A stretch of 64,000 nucleotides of DNA from a bacterium (GCA_030629005.1 DAOVPV010000001.1:130429-194428), one strand, 5' to 3'; numbered from the stretch's first letter, positions 9,465 through 20,081 are shown. Translations and numbers: made by a program. Notes: generated by a model not told the origin, from the letters alone.

Positions 9465-11101
9465 TGCCCAAAAGCTTTTGCCAGATCCAAGTGCTCTTTA
9501 ACAACTTTGTCATTAGGATTTATGCCTAATGCAATCTCAAATATTTTTTCAGACTCTCCAATCTGACCCATCTTAAACAAAACATACCCTTTTGTATCCA
9601 TATAATAATAAGATGTTGGCTGATATTTTAACGCTAAATCTGCATACTTTAAAGCATCATCTAATTTCTTATTCATTTGAGCATAAAAATAAGCTAATAG
9701 ATTGTAATTAGATGGATATACCGGTTCATATTTTAAAGCTGTTAATAATATATTTTCTACATTATTGTAATTTCTGTTTGAAAAATGAATATAAGCCGTT
9801 TGAAATAATATCTTAGATTTTAAAGCAGAATCTTTTGTTACATCAAACAACTTTTTACAATAAAACAACGTTCCTTTTGTATCTTCCTTTTCGAAGTTTA
9901 AATCGATTAAAGCAGATAAAATTAATTCATTAGAACTCTTTTTTTCTACGTCTTGCAAAATATTTATAATATTTTTTACCTTTATACCATTGTGCCTTAG
10001 TAAAAGCAAAACTTGTATCAGCTGTTTATTTTCAGGTTCATCTTGTAACCAACAGTTTAAAGAGTCCAGGGCGTCCTTAAATTTACGTTGAGCAATCAAC
10101 ATTTCTATTTTTAATAATTTAGCATCATTAAATTTAGGATTACTTTTAATTAAACCTTCTATTAACTTGAATGCAGCATCATTCTTACCGGAATGCCATT
10201 TTATTAATGCCAAGTCAAAACTCTGAGCCGGTGTTTTATTTTTTATTTTTTCCAAAATAACAACAGCTTCATCAAATCGCTTGGACATAAACAATAATCG
10301 TATAAGCTGTTTTTCTACAGGCTCGTCTGCACCAACAATAGCTAAGAATCGTTGATAGCCAAAAACAGCATCCTTTATTTGACCTAATTGTTCTTGCAAA
10401 ATAGATCTTAACAACAAACCTTTATCAAAATCCGGAAATAATTCTAAACTTTTATTAACAAACTTTAACGCTTCTGGGGTTTGTTCTTTTTGTAAGTATA
10501 TTTTTGAAATCAAAAAATAAAATAAGAAATACTTAGATTGTAAATTTTCATTTTTTAAACAACTATTTATAAACGTTAAAGCCTCGTCTAACTTAGAATT
10601 TTTTATAAGACCAACAGCCTTAAAGTAAAGTAACTGAATGTCGTTTGGATGTTGTTTTATCAATTTATTTAGAAATGCAGCAGAATTTTGTCCCTTCCCC
10701 ATATAAAAATAAGATTGAGCAAATATTTTTTCTATCTCCAAATTACCTTTAAAAGCTCTTTTTATTTTAATGGGCAATTTTACAATTGCATCAAACTGGC
10801 TTGTAGTAAACAAAAATCTTATATAATTATCGTAGAAATAAATACACGACTCTGACTTTTTTAATTTTTCGAACTTTAATATTGCAGAATCATATTTTCC
10901 AGTCATATAATCAACACTACCAGATAAATAATGTTGATAATTTCTAGCATCTCGACCTAGGTCTTTTTTTATATATTCTAATGTTATACCAGCACCATTA
11001 ATTTCTTGAATATCAGCAAAACCTACAATAAATAAACCGCTCAAAATTATATTAAACAAAAAAAACTTCTGCATCATTACCCTCTTTTTGTTTTTAGACA
11101 A
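9461..11101 (-). CDS. Tetratricopeptide-repeat (TPR) protein with signal/anchor segment
   Basis: Repeated ~34-aa A/Y/L-patterned helical units (e.g. ALKYADLALKYQPTSYYYMDTKGYVLFKMGQ). Overlaps murG by 4 nt. Confidence 0.7.
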   Translation of the reverse strand: MSKNKKRVMMQKFFLFNIILSGLFIVGFADIQEINGAGITLEYIKKDLGRDARNYQHYLSGSVDYMTGKYDSAILKFEKLKKSESCIYFYDNYIRFLFTTSQFDAIVKLPIKIKRAFKGNLEIEKIFAQSYFYMGKGQNSAAFLNKLIKQHPNDIQLLYFKAVGLIKNSKLDEALTFINSCLKNENLQSKYFLFYFLISKIYLQKEQTPEALKFVNKSLELFPDFDKGLLLRSILQEQLGQIKDAVFGYQRFLAIVGADEPVEKQLIRLLFMSKRFDEAVVILEKIKNKTPAQSFDLALIKWHSGKNDAAFKLIEGLIKSNPKFNDAKLLKIEMLIAQRKFKDALDSLNCWLQDEPENKQLIQVLLLLRHNGIKVKNIINILQDVEKKSSNELILSALIDLNFEKEDTKGTLFYCKKLFDVTKDSALKSKILFQTAYIHFSNRNYNNVENILLTALKYEPVYPSNYNLLAYFYAQMNKKLDDALKYADLALKYQPTSYYYMDTKGYVLFKMGQIGESEKIFEIALGINPNDKVVKEHLDLAKAFGH

Positions 11102-11517
11102 AACTCTTTTAAAAAGTCTTTCAGTTCCGGATCTTTTATTTTTGTCAAACTTAAATATTCAGACCGACTCAACCCTAAATCCTTTTTATTTTCTACTGTA
11201 TTTTTCTTTCTCTCAACTTTTTTAATGTGTTTAACAACATTTTGTTTTTTTACAATTTTAAATCGTATATATTTTATTTGTTCCCTGCCAAATAAGGAGT
11301 TTATCCTTTCTTTTAAAACATCTGAAAGCATAAACATTTCATGCGCCCAAGCAGGATGCGTTACGCCCAAAATCAACATGTGTCTTTCTGCTTTTAATAT
11401 AACAACCTTATCGGATAAATTTCCCAAAACCTTATCCCAATTGTTAAATAATTTTATTTTCCATTCATCCTGTTTCACAACAAAACTAGATAATAATTCA
11501 GAAATATGTTTAAACAC
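11077..11517 (-). CDS. DUF721 (DciA-like) protein
   Basis: NWDKVLGNLSDKVVILKAERHMLILGVTHPAWAHEMFML matches the DUF721 pattern. Small basic C-terminus. Confidence 0.55.
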   Translation of the reverse strand: MFKHISELLSSFVVKQDEWKIKLFNNWDKVLGNLSDKVVILKAERHMLILGVTHPAWAHEMFMLSDVLKERINSLFGREQIKYIRFKIVKKQNVVKHIKKVERKKNTVENKKDLGLSRSEYLSLTKIKDPELKDFLKEFCLKTKRG

Positions 11518-11590
11518 AGAGCCTCTAACAACAAAAAATATTAATTTTCAAATTTGCTACACTAACATTTTTAGCATAAAAATAAAAAGA

Positions 11591-11729
11591 ACAAAACTTG
11601 TTTCATACTAATACAGCTAAATATCTTTATTAATAAATCAAAAGAACTATTCAAATTAATTACACGCCACATCACTTCTACTACTACTAGCTCTTTCTCT
11701 CCCAAAAACCTTAAGTAAATCGTTTATGA
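11591..11729. repeat. 139-bp direct repeat, left copy (pairs with 13371..13509)
   Basis: Aligned by eye at an offset of exactly 1780 bp, with about 8 mismatches. Covers the 3' end of the repeat-protein gene, the spacer, and a truncated MKQV... start. Confidence 0.9.
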
Positions 11730-13386
11730 TCTTTCTGACCCCCGCCCTTTTTTCATTCGACAATAGCTTAAATCCCTCAAAAGTTTTTTTAAATTTATTT
11801 GCTTTTAACTCTATTTTTATTTTTTTTAAATAATTATAGAAATTATTATTCAACATTGTTTCTTCTTCTATCTTCCCATATTTTTTTTCATATAACTTAA
11901 TTACAAAGCCACAGAACAAAAATCTTTTTGATGCCTTATCAAGCTTAGCATCATCTTTTTCTAATAATTTTATTGCTAATATTACATCTTTATCCAAAGA
12001 AGCTTGCTGTTTACTTAATCTTTCGTTTGATTTATGAATCATATATAATAAAACACTCGCAAACCTGCGACCCAATCCCTCATTTAGTTTTTTTGATTGT
12101 AAACCATCCTGCGACAAAATATTTTTATTTGCATTTAACCCCTCTGGGCTCAAACTTTTAGAGACTTTTATATCCAACTCAGCCAAACCACCTTTCTTTA
12201 AAACCTCCTTTTCCAATATTTCTTCCGGCCCATCTAAATATTTATCTACCTCAAGCCTTCTCTTGTTCTTCTCTTTTGATGATAACTTTTTAAAACGTAA
12301 TAAAGACCTGTATAAAGAATAATATGTGGCACTTATTCCATTTTCTGCCAAATAACTTTCAAAATCTTTTGCATGAAGCTGAGTCTTTTTTGTTATCTCT
12401 CCAAACTTAATTTCATATAATTTAATTAAAAGCCATAGTTCCATCTTTAATCTACATCTACCGTTGTTTTTCTTCCTACTATCTTCCAATTCTTTTATCG
12501 CAACGATTATATTTTCTTCTTCTGATGACATTTCTTCCAGCCCATCTAAATATTTATCTACCTCAAGTCTTCTTTTATTCCTATTTTCTGGTGATAACTT
12601 TTTAAAACGGAATAAATACCTGCGTAAAGAAAAATATGCGACACTTATTCCATTTTCTGCCAAATAACTTTTAAAATCTTTTACATTGAACCGAGTCTTT
12701 TTCGTTATCTCTCCAAACTTAATTTCATATAATTTAATTAAAAGCTCTGATTCCACCCTTAATCTATACCTAACGCCATTTTTCTTCCTACTATCTTCCA
12801 GTTCTTTTATCACAACTATTATATTTTTTTCTTCTGGTGATAATTCTTCCGGCAACATTTCTTCCGGTAATGACTTTTTAAAACGGAATAAAAAACATCG
12901 TAAAAAACCATTTGTAACACTTATTCCATTTTCTGCCAAATAACTTTCAAAATCTTTTGCATGAAACCGAGTCTTTTTTGTTATCTCTCCAAACTTAATT
13001 TCATATAATTTAATTAAGAGCTCTAATTCCACCTTTAATCTATACTTACCGCCATTTTTCTTCCTACTATCTTCCAGTTCTTTTATCGCAACTATTATCT
13101 TTTTTTCTTCTGATGATAACTTTTCCGGCGACACTTCTTTCGATGATATTTCTTCCGGCGATACTTCTTCCGGCGAATTACTAATACAATCTTCTTTTGA
13201 AAAAACTAATTCGAAATACTCTTCGTCTGAAAGAACACTATCTAAATCTGGACCAGGACCTTGAAAATCTAAAAACAAATCCGTGTCACACTCAACTAGC
13301 GATAAATCCATCGGTAAAACTTGTTTATAAACAGTTAAAAAAAACAACAAAAATAAAATTTTCGTTTTCAACAAAACTTGTTTCAT
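11656..13386 (-). CDS. Secreted protein with three ~92-104-aa tandem repeats plus a degenerate fourth
   Basis: ORF track 11656..13485. I prefer the ATG at 13386 (MKQVLLKTKILFLLFFL signal peptide), because the upstream extension falls in duplicated 3'-end DNA. The repeat unit contains IKELEDSRKKN...LLIKLYEIKFGEITKKT...YLAENGIS. Confidence 0.6.
   Translation of the reverse strand: MKQVLLKTKILFLLFFLTVYKQVLPMDLSLVECDTDLFLDFQGPGPDLDSVLSDEEYFELVFSKEDCISNSPEEVSPEEISSKEVSPEKLSSEEKKIIVAIKELEDSRKKNGGKYRLKVELELLIKLYEIKFGEITKKTRFHAKDFESYLAENGISVTNGFLRCFLFRFKKSLPEEMLPEELSPEEKNIIVVIKELEDSRKKNGVRYRLRVESELLIKLYEIKFGEITKKTRFNVKDFKSYLAENGISVAYFSLRRYLFRFKKLSPENRNKRRLEVDKYLDGLEEMSSEEENIIVAIKELEDSRKKNNGRCRLKMELWLLIKLYEIKFGEITKKTQLHAKDFESYLAENGISATYYSLYRSLLRFKKLSSKEKNKRRLEVDKYLDGPEEILEKEVLKKGGLAELDIKVSKSLSPEGLNANKNILSQDGLQSKKLNEGLGRRFASVLLYMIHKSNERLSKQQASLDKDVILAIKLLEKDDAKLDKASKRFLFCGFVIKLYEKKYGKIEEETMLNNNFYNYLKKIKIELKANKFKKTFEGFKLLSNEKRAGVRKIINDLLKVFGRERASSSRSDVACN
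12217..13110 (-). repeat. Intragenic tandem repeat, three units of 276-312 bp
   Basis: The landmark CTTATTCCATTTTCTGCC recurs at about 12332, 12644 and 12920. The protein repeats are about 80% identical. Confidence 0.85.
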
Positions 13387-13509
13387 TTTAATACAGCTAA
13401 ATATCTTTATTAATAAATCAAAGGAACTATTCAAATTAATTACACGCCACATCACTTCTACAATTACTAGTTCTTTCTCTCCCAAAAACCTTAAGTAAAT
13501 CGTTTATGA
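13371..13509. repeat. 139-bp direct repeat, right copy (pairs with 11591..11729)
   Basis: Contains the real start of the repeat-protein gene plus a relic 3' end (...INDLLKVFGRERTSNCRSDVACN stop) of a lost upstream paralog. Confidence 0.9.
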
Positions 13510-13773
13510 ATCTTTTGCGCCCTATACGTAAACATTATATTATCACCTTAAATCAAGGACTAATCAGCTTACAAAAACACTTAAATAAATCAAAAGCCCT
13601 CTCTGCTAAAAAAAACTAATTTAAAAAGCAACCCCTTGTTTTGAAATATAGCGACACAAATAAACTTGAATTATTATAAAACTTAAATTAAATTAATAAT
13701 TTAGATATTTTTGTATAAAATTTATTACAGATTGAATCTAATAATTTATTGATAAAAAACATAAGGACCTAAG

Positions 13774-15684
13774 ATGGAAAATAAAATAAGCCAAAAAAAA
13801 CTCCTACAATTAAAACAGGTCGCACTAAATTTAAGAGTGAACAGTATAAAAGCAACAACAACCAGCAAATCCGGACACCCAACAACATGCATGGCAATAT
13901 CTGATTTAATAAGCACAATATTTTTTCATTTCTTAAAATACGACATTAAAAATCCCAAAAATCCAAATAATGATAGATTTATTTTATCTATAGGACATGC
14001 TATACCAATAATTTATGCAGCCTGGAAAAACTTAGGAGTTATTTCAGAACAAGATTTATTAAAGCTTAGAAAATTTACTTCAAACCTAGAAGGCCACCCT
14101 ACACCACGCTTTACATACAATGAAGCAGCAACCGGCTCTTTAGGCCAAGGTTTAGGAATTGGTGTTGGGATGGCATTAAATGCTAAACATGACAATTTAG
14201 ATTATAAAACATATGTCATGATAGGAGATGGCGAGGCAGCTGAAGGCTCTATCTGGGAAGCCGCAGAATTAGCCTCTCATTATAAATTAGACAATCTAAT
14301 CACAATTTTAAACTGTAACAGACTTGGCCAATCAGGAGAAAGTATACATGGCCATGATACAGAAAAATTCACAAAAAAATTTGAAGCTTTTGGATTTAAA
14401 ATAATCCAAATAGACGGTCATAACATAGAAGAAATTATAAATAGTATAAACATTGCACATGCAACAAAAAACCAACCAATTGCAATTATTGCAAAAACAT
14501 TAAAAGGCTCCGGACTTAAAGAAATAGAAAATAAAAACAACTATCACGGCAAACCATTTAAACAAGAAGAATTAGAAAATATAATAAAAGAGTTAGAAAA
14601 TAATTTTGGTTTAAAAGTTACAGAAAAGATAGACTATTCACCAACTCTACCAACAACATCAAATATCAATCTAGAAAAATCAGAAGAAACATTTGGTGTT
14701 AAAGAAATAAAAATAGATTTAGAAAACGATATAAATACAAAGACATTTGAGAAAAACGAAAAAATAGCAACTCGCAAAGCGTTTGGCTTTGCATTAGAAG
14801 CTCTAGGTAAAGCTAGTAAAGAAATTTTTGTACTCGACGCTGATGTACAAAATTCAACATTCACAATTTTTTTTGCCAAAAAGTTTCCAGATAGGTTTAT
14901 ACAATGCTTTATCGCTGAACAAAATATGGTAAGTGTTGCTACTGGACTAGAATCTAGGGGTAAAATTCCATTCGCAGCAACATTTGGAGCCTTTTTTTCT
15001 AGAGCATTCGATCAAATTAGAATGGCTGGAATTGGACGAAACGCATTACGACTGTGTGGATCTCACTGTGGCGTTTCTATTGGAGAAGATGGACCATCTC
15101 AAATGGCATTAGAAGATATTGCAATGTTTAAAAGCATTCCTAATTCTATTGTCTTGTATCCAAGCGATGGAGTTAGCGCATACAAGTTAACAGAAATCAT
15201 GGCAAATTATCATGATGGTGTTTCTTATTTAAGAACATCCAGGCCAGAAACTCCGAATCTATATAACAAAAACGAAAAATTCAAAATTGGTGGCTGCAAA
15301 GTATTAAAACAAAGTAATAATGATAAAGTTTGCATAATAACAGCAGGCATAACGCTTCATGAAAGTTTAAAAGCCCACGAAGAACTTTTAAAACAAAATA
15401 TAAATGTTTCTATAATCGATTTATATTCTGTAAAACCACTAGATAAAAAAACAATATTAGAAATTGCTAAAAAATCTGAAAATAAAATTATTACAGTTGA
15501 AGATCACTATATTCACGGAGGCCTAGGTGAATCTGTAGCAAGCGAACTTTCTAATGAAAATATAAAAATAGAAAAACTTGCTGTTACAAAAATTCCAAGA
15601 TCAGCCAGCAAAGAAAAACTTTTAGAATTTGAAGAAATAAATACAAGTGCTATTATAGACAAAGTCATATCAATAGTTTTGTAA
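13774..15684 (+). CDS. tkt: Transketolase
   Basis: SGHPTTCMAISD, GDGEAAEGSIWEA (ThDP motif) and GEDGPSQMALEDIAMF motifs. 636 aa. Confidence 0.9.
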   Translation: MENKISQKKLLQLKQVALNLRVNSIKATTTSKSGHPTTCMAISDLISTIFFHFLKYDIKNPKNPNNDRFILSIGHAIPIIYAAWKNLGVISEQDLLKLRKFTSNLEGHPTPRFTYNEAATGSLGQGLGIGVGMALNAKHDNLDYKTYVMIGDGEAAEGSIWEAAELASHYKLDNLITILNCNRLGQSGESIHGHDTEKFTKKFEAFGFKIIQIDGHNIEEIINSINIAHATKNQPIAIIAKTLKGSGLKEIENKNNYHGKPFKQEELENIIKELENNFGLKVTEKIDYSPTLPTTSNINLEKSEETFGVKEIKIDLENDINTKTFEKNEKIATRKAFGFALEALGKASKEIFVLDADVQNSTFTIFFAKKFPDRFIQCFIAEQNMVSVATGLESRGKIPFAATFGAFFSRAFDQIRMAGIGRNALRLCGSHCGVSIGEDGPSQMALEDIAMFKSIPNSIVLYPSDGVSAYKLTEIMANYHDGVSYLRTSRPETPNLYNKNEKFKIGGCKVLKQSNNDKVCIITAGITLHESLKAHEELLKQNINVSIIDLYSVKPLDKKTILEIAKKSENKIITVEDHYIHGGLGESVASELSNENIKIEKLAVTKIPRSASKEKLLEFEEINTSAIIDKVISIVL

Positions 15685-15720
15685 ATATAAATAGTCAACT
15701 ACATTAATTAGGAAACTTAA

Positions 15721-17865
15721 ATGAAAGAAAGTAGAAACACATATTTATTAACACTATTAGCACTATTATTTTTTAGTAATGCATATGCAAAAAATGAAAA
15801 TCAACAAACGTCTAAAAACGATAAACACTATAATTTAATGGAACAAGATGATGAAGAAGAAGTAATAAATCCTCTAAAACAAAAAGAACTTCCAACTGTA
15901 AGTGCAATACAACAACCGCTAATTAAACCCCCAATAAAATTTATCAAAGAAGATTTAGAGGTTACCTTTGGTGGTAAAATAAAAGTTGAATATGACAACT
16001 ATTTAAACAATTTTTATTTGAACAAAAATGTTCCTGATGACATAAGCTACTTTAAACAAACCATAGATTTTAACGTAAACGCAGTATTTGGTGAAAAAAA
16101 ATGCGGTCACAAAGTAGTAGAAGCTTATGCTGACTTGAGAATGAAAAATAAATGGGGCGTTGTTGGAGCATATAAAAATACAACAAACACCGAATTATTT
16201 TTAAGCGGCATATCCTTGGGCGAACACTCTCACAATGCAAGCAGACCAAATCCATGGTTTAAAGATGCATGGCTAAAATTAAGTTTAAACAAAGCAATAA
16301 ATTCAAAAAATGACAAAATTCAATATTTTAAACTTGGCTGGTTCCCTTTCCAACTAGGAAGAGGTGTTGTTTTCGGACCATTCTACGCTTCTGTTTATGA
16401 AGGGCTCGGATTATTTAGCTACAACGCTGATTCTTCTGCTCCAGGTATAAACATAAATGGTGAACTAATAAAAGATAAATTATGGTACGATTTGTACTAT
16501 GCCAAATTCGAAGATAACAGTTCATCAATCTCTCAAACATTTAGTAATACAGTAAAACTAAATCACGTTGGCAAGCGTTCCGCTCCATACAGAGGTGTTG
16601 CAAAAGACGACGAACTATGGGCAGCAAGATTAATGGCTATCCCTGTAAATAACGATGACTTTGGTAAAATAAATTTAGAACCATACGTATACTTCAACGA
16701 AGCTTCCGACCAAAAAGTAGAAGTTTCTAGTGACACAAAAACACAACTTGGTGCTGTTGGTTTAGAAGCAAGATATAGCAAAAATAAATTTAAAATTGGT
16801 GGTGAAGTTGCCGTAAACTATGGTCAAGAAAAATTATATTCTATCGACAGAAATAGCATTCAACTTTCTGTAGTAAAAACAGATGGCGAAATTCCTGTAA
16901 GCTCAGCAAATATTTTGGACGAAACAAATAACGAACGTGGCGCAGGTATGCTTTATAAAGGCTACAGCCATGTTGTAATAAATAGTGCAGGAACTGATTT
17001 AGATGGCAAATCAGCACCAATTAACACTGCATCTACAGGCGCTGCATACAACAGCACATATCTTCAGAGAGACGCAGTAACACCATATCCAGACGCAGGA
17101 ACCGATTTAAACAAATTGTTAAACAGATCAACAAGAATCCGTCCTGAATATAGAAATAAATTTAAAGGTTGGATGGGCATACTTGATGCAAGATACAAAA
17201 TCAACAAAAGCTTTAAAATAGCAACCGAATTTGGTTTCGCATCTGGTGACAACGATCCAAACATCGAAGAAGTTAATAAAAACTATAAAGGTTTTGTCGG
17301 ATTACATGAAATTTACATGGGTAAAAGAGTTTTTGCACCACAATTACTTGGTGAAAGAAATATTCCTAGAATCCTTGGTCTATTACCAGGCCAAAGAGAA
17401 GTTGAAGACAACTTTAGAGCAAAAACAAATAACACATTTAGCGATATAATATATTTTGGTTTTGGTGCAAACTGGCAACCAGAAAATCTACGTAAAAACA
17501 GATTTAAAATAAATCCAAATGTTATGCTTTTCTGGAAAGATGATGAATCCTACAAATATGTATTAGACAGCGCAGATCCTGAAAGCGGACACGTATCGAG
17601 TACAGATAAAGCAGGTAGCTATTTGGGTACAGAATTTAGTGTGATATTTAACTACGAACTTATAGAAGATTTAACACTTGGTGGTATAGCATCATTATTT
17701 GTTCCGGGATCTTACTACAAAGATATAAAAGGTGTTCCATTAAAAGATGATTTCTACAGAGACAAAATTCCTTCTGATGCAAGAACAGGAGTCGATCCTG
17801 CAAACTACAGAATATCTGACGACGTAGCATTTTACGGCGTAGTATCACTAGAATACAGATTCTAA
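15721..17865 (+). CDS. Putative outer-membrane beta-barrel protein, paralog 1
   Basis: Signal peptide, alternating beta-strand pattern, C-terminal ...SLEYRF. Co-linear similarity to the next gene. Confidence 0.5.
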   Translation: MKESRNTYLLTLLALLFFSNAYAKNENQQTSKNDKHYNLMEQDDEEEVINPLKQKELPTVSAIQQPLIKPPIKFIKEDLEVTFGGKIKVEYDNYLNNFYLNKNVPDDISYFKQTIDFNVNAVFGEKKCGHKVVEAYADLRMKNKWGVVGAYKNTTNTELFLSGISLGEHSHNASRPNPWFKDAWLKLSLNKAINSKNDKIQYFKLGWFPFQLGRGVVFGPFYASVYEGLGLFSYNADSSAPGININGELIKDKLWYDLYYAKFEDNSSSISQTFSNTVKLNHVGKRSAPYRGVAKDDELWAARLMAIPVNNDDFGKINLEPYVYFNEASDQKVEVSSDTKTQLGAVGLEARYSKNKFKIGGEVAVNYGQEKLYSIDRNSIQLSVVKTDGEIPVSSANILDETNNERGAGMLYKGYSHVVINSAGTDLDGKSAPINTASTGAAYNSTYLQRDAVTPYPDAGTDLNKLLNRSTRIRPEYRNKFKGWMGILDARYKINKSFKIATEFGFASGDNDPNIEEVNKNYKGFVGLHEIYMGKRVFAPQLLGERNIPRILGLLPGQREVEDNFRAKTNNTFSDIIYFGFGANWQPENLRKNRFKINPNVMLFWKDDESYKYVLDSADPESGHVSSTDKAGSYLGTEFSVIFNYELIEDLTLGGIASLFVPGSYYKDIKGVPLKDDFYRDKIPSDARTGVDPANYRISDDVAFYGVVSLEYRF

Positions 17866-17870
17866 AAACT

Positions 17871-17903
17871 AAAGAGGGCGTAAATAATTACGCCCTCTTT
17901 TAA
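17871..17903 (+). terminator. Hairpin terminator after OMP paralog 1
   Basis: AAAGAGGGCGTAA / TTACGCCCTCTTT, a perfect 13-bp stem with a 4-nt loop. Confidence 0.55.
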
Positions 17904-17926
17904 ATAAAAAAACAAAAAAGAGAATA

Positions 17927-20008
17927 ATGAGCCTAATCACTAAAAAAAAGTTATTACTTTTTCCAATTTTATTTTTTTCTATCTGCACAAACTCATATTC
18001 AATAAACCAAACAACTATTTTAAGTAATAAAAAAAATCTACCTGTAAAAAAAATAATTGATAAAAATAAACTAATTTCTCCAAAAGTTGAATACGTTAAC
18101 AATGACTTCAAAATCTCGCTCAGTGGAATGTTCCGAATAGAAAATGAAATCTACTTACGAAATTATTATTTAAATAAAAAAGTTCCTGATGAACTTAGTT
18201 TTTTTAGAACAAGACTATATTTAGATTTAAACTCAAGTTATGGTGAAAAAAAATATGGACACAAAGTAATCGAAGCCCACTCTCAGCTTAGACTAAAAAG
18301 AAAATGGGGCGTCCTAACAATTTATCAGCGAACAACCAATACAAGAATCTATTTAGATGATATATATCTAAAATCACATTATCATTATTCAACCCCACAA
18401 CCATGGCTAAGCAAAGCATGGTTAAAATTCAGCTTAAATGAAGCTCTAAATATTAAAGGCAAAAAATATCAATATTTAAAACTAGGAAGATTTTCATTTA
18501 AACTCGGACGAGGTGCAGCTCTAGGCCCCATATATAATGAAATATACGAACATTTCAGCAACTACACATACTACGATGAATTTGGTTCTAACGGCATTAA
18601 CTTAAATGGAGAATTAATAAAAAATAAATTATGGTATGACTTATATTATTCTAAATTTGTTGATAATAGCTCATCTGTTTATGATACATTTTTAAACACA
18701 GAAAAATTATATCATGTTGGTCGACGCTCAACTCCATACAGAGGAACAGCGAAAGACAGTGATCTTTGGGCTGCACGCTTAACTGTTAAACCAATAAACA
18801 AAAGTAAAACAAATTATATCTCTTTAGAGCCATACATATATGCAAATGAAGGCTCGGATCAATACCAAAGATATTTCAACGACCATAGAAGGCTACTCGG
18901 TGCATATGGAATAGAAACAAGATACAAAAAAAATAAACTCGAGTTTGGCGCAGAAGTAGCTCTTAATTTTGGAAAAGAAGAATACCATAAAATAGACAAA
19001 AATAAACATCAAATTGCCGTAGTAAAAAGGGATGGAGAAATACCAACAAGTTCAGCAAACATGTTAGATTCAAATAGTGAAGAAAGAGGTGCTGGCTTAC
19101 TCTACAAAGGACACAGTTATGTAAATATAAATAGCACAGAAGACCTCAATAATGATCCCGCACCCGTTAACGACATTAGCACCAAATATGTTTATAACGA
19201 TACTTACATTGAGTATCCTAATTCTCAAAAATACCCAAACGGGGGCGTAGAAAGAGACAAACTCGAAAACCAAACAGGCAGGATTATACCAGCACACAAT
19301 ATAACACTTGCGGGCTGGATGGGTATAATAGATGCAGATTATCAATACAAAAAAAATATAAACATTGCAGCAGAAGTTGGTTACGTTTCTGGAGACCAAG
19401 ATCCAACAAGAGAATATGTAGATAAAAAATATAAAGGGTTTATAGGATTGCATGAATGGTATAAAGGTAAAAAAATATCAGCATACCAAGTCCTTGGTGA
19501 ACGTTACGTACCAAGATTTATGGGATTAATTCCAGGAATGTACGAATCCGCTGGTTACAAAGCATCTACAAATAAACACTTTAGTGATCTTATATACTTT
19601 GGATTAGGTAGTAAATGGTACCCTAAATTTGTAAAAAAGAATAAGCTTAGAGTAAGACCAAATCTAATATTTTTTGGAAAAGCTCACAGAAGTTACAAAT
19701 ACATGTTTTATCCAGATAACTTAAATAATAGCCACGTATCTGAAACAGAAAAAGCTCGTAGATTTATTGGTACAGAAATTAATACAGAATTTAGATATGA
19801 TCCAATAGAAAAATTTAGAATATATTTAAGAATTTCATTTTTCCTTCCAGATGGATATTACAAAGACATTAAAGGGGTACCATATGGAACTGACTATTAC
19901 AGATCAAGAATACCTTCTGATGCCAGAGACCAAGCAAACCCTGCAGACTTTAGAGTTTCTACAGACTGGTCTTTCTATTCATACCTGGCACTTCAATACA
20001 ACTTCTAA
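17927..20008 (+). CDS. Putative outer-membrane beta-barrel protein, paralog 2
   Basis: Shares blocks with 15721..17865 (KLWYDLYY.KF.DNSSS, VGRRSTPYRG.AKD.DLWAARL, GAGLLYKG, IPSDAR). C-terminal ...LQYNF. Confidence 0.5.
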   Translation: MSLITKKKLLLFPILFFSICTNSYSINQTTILSNKKNLPVKKIIDKNKLISPKVEYVNNDFKISLSGMFRIENEIYLRNYYLNKKVPDELSFFRTRLYLDLNSSYGEKKYGHKVIEAHSQLRLKRKWGVLTIYQRTTNTRIYLDDIYLKSHYHYSTPQPWLSKAWLKFSLNEALNIKGKKYQYLKLGRFSFKLGRGAALGPIYNEIYEHFSNYTYYDEFGSNGINLNGELIKNKLWYDLYYSKFVDNSSSVYDTFLNTEKLYHVGRRSTPYRGTAKDSDLWAARLTVKPINKSKTNYISLEPYIYANEGSDQYQRYFNDHRRLLGAYGIETRYKKNKLEFGAEVALNFGKEEYHKIDKNKHQIAVVKRDGEIPTSSANMLDSNSEERGAGLLYKGHSYVNINSTEDLNNDPAPVNDISTKYVYNDTYIEYPNSQKYPNGGVERDKLENQTGRIIPAHNITLAGWMGIIDADYQYKKNINIAAEVGYVSGDQDPTREYVDKKYKGFIGLHEWYKGKKISAYQVLGERYVPRFMGLIPGMYESAGYKASTNKHFSDLIYFGLGSKWYPKFVKKNKLRVRPNLIFFGKAHRSYKYMFYPDNLNNSHVSETEKARRFIGTEINTEFRYDPIEKFRIYLRISFFLPDGYYKDIKGVPYGTDYYRSRIPSDARDQANPADFRVSTDWSFYSYLALQYNF

Positions 20009-20081
20009 ATTTATTTTATATAAAATTTTGCTATAATTATTTCACGAATGTAATATTTTATACAAAAAAAGGGTTTTATAA

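Noticed and set aside
13387-13485. N-terminal extension (MGEKELVIVEVMWRV...) of the repeat-protein ORF
   Set aside because: The extension is translated from the duplicated relic 3' end and spacer (the 139-bp direct repeat). The internal ATG at 13386 gives a proper signal peptide.
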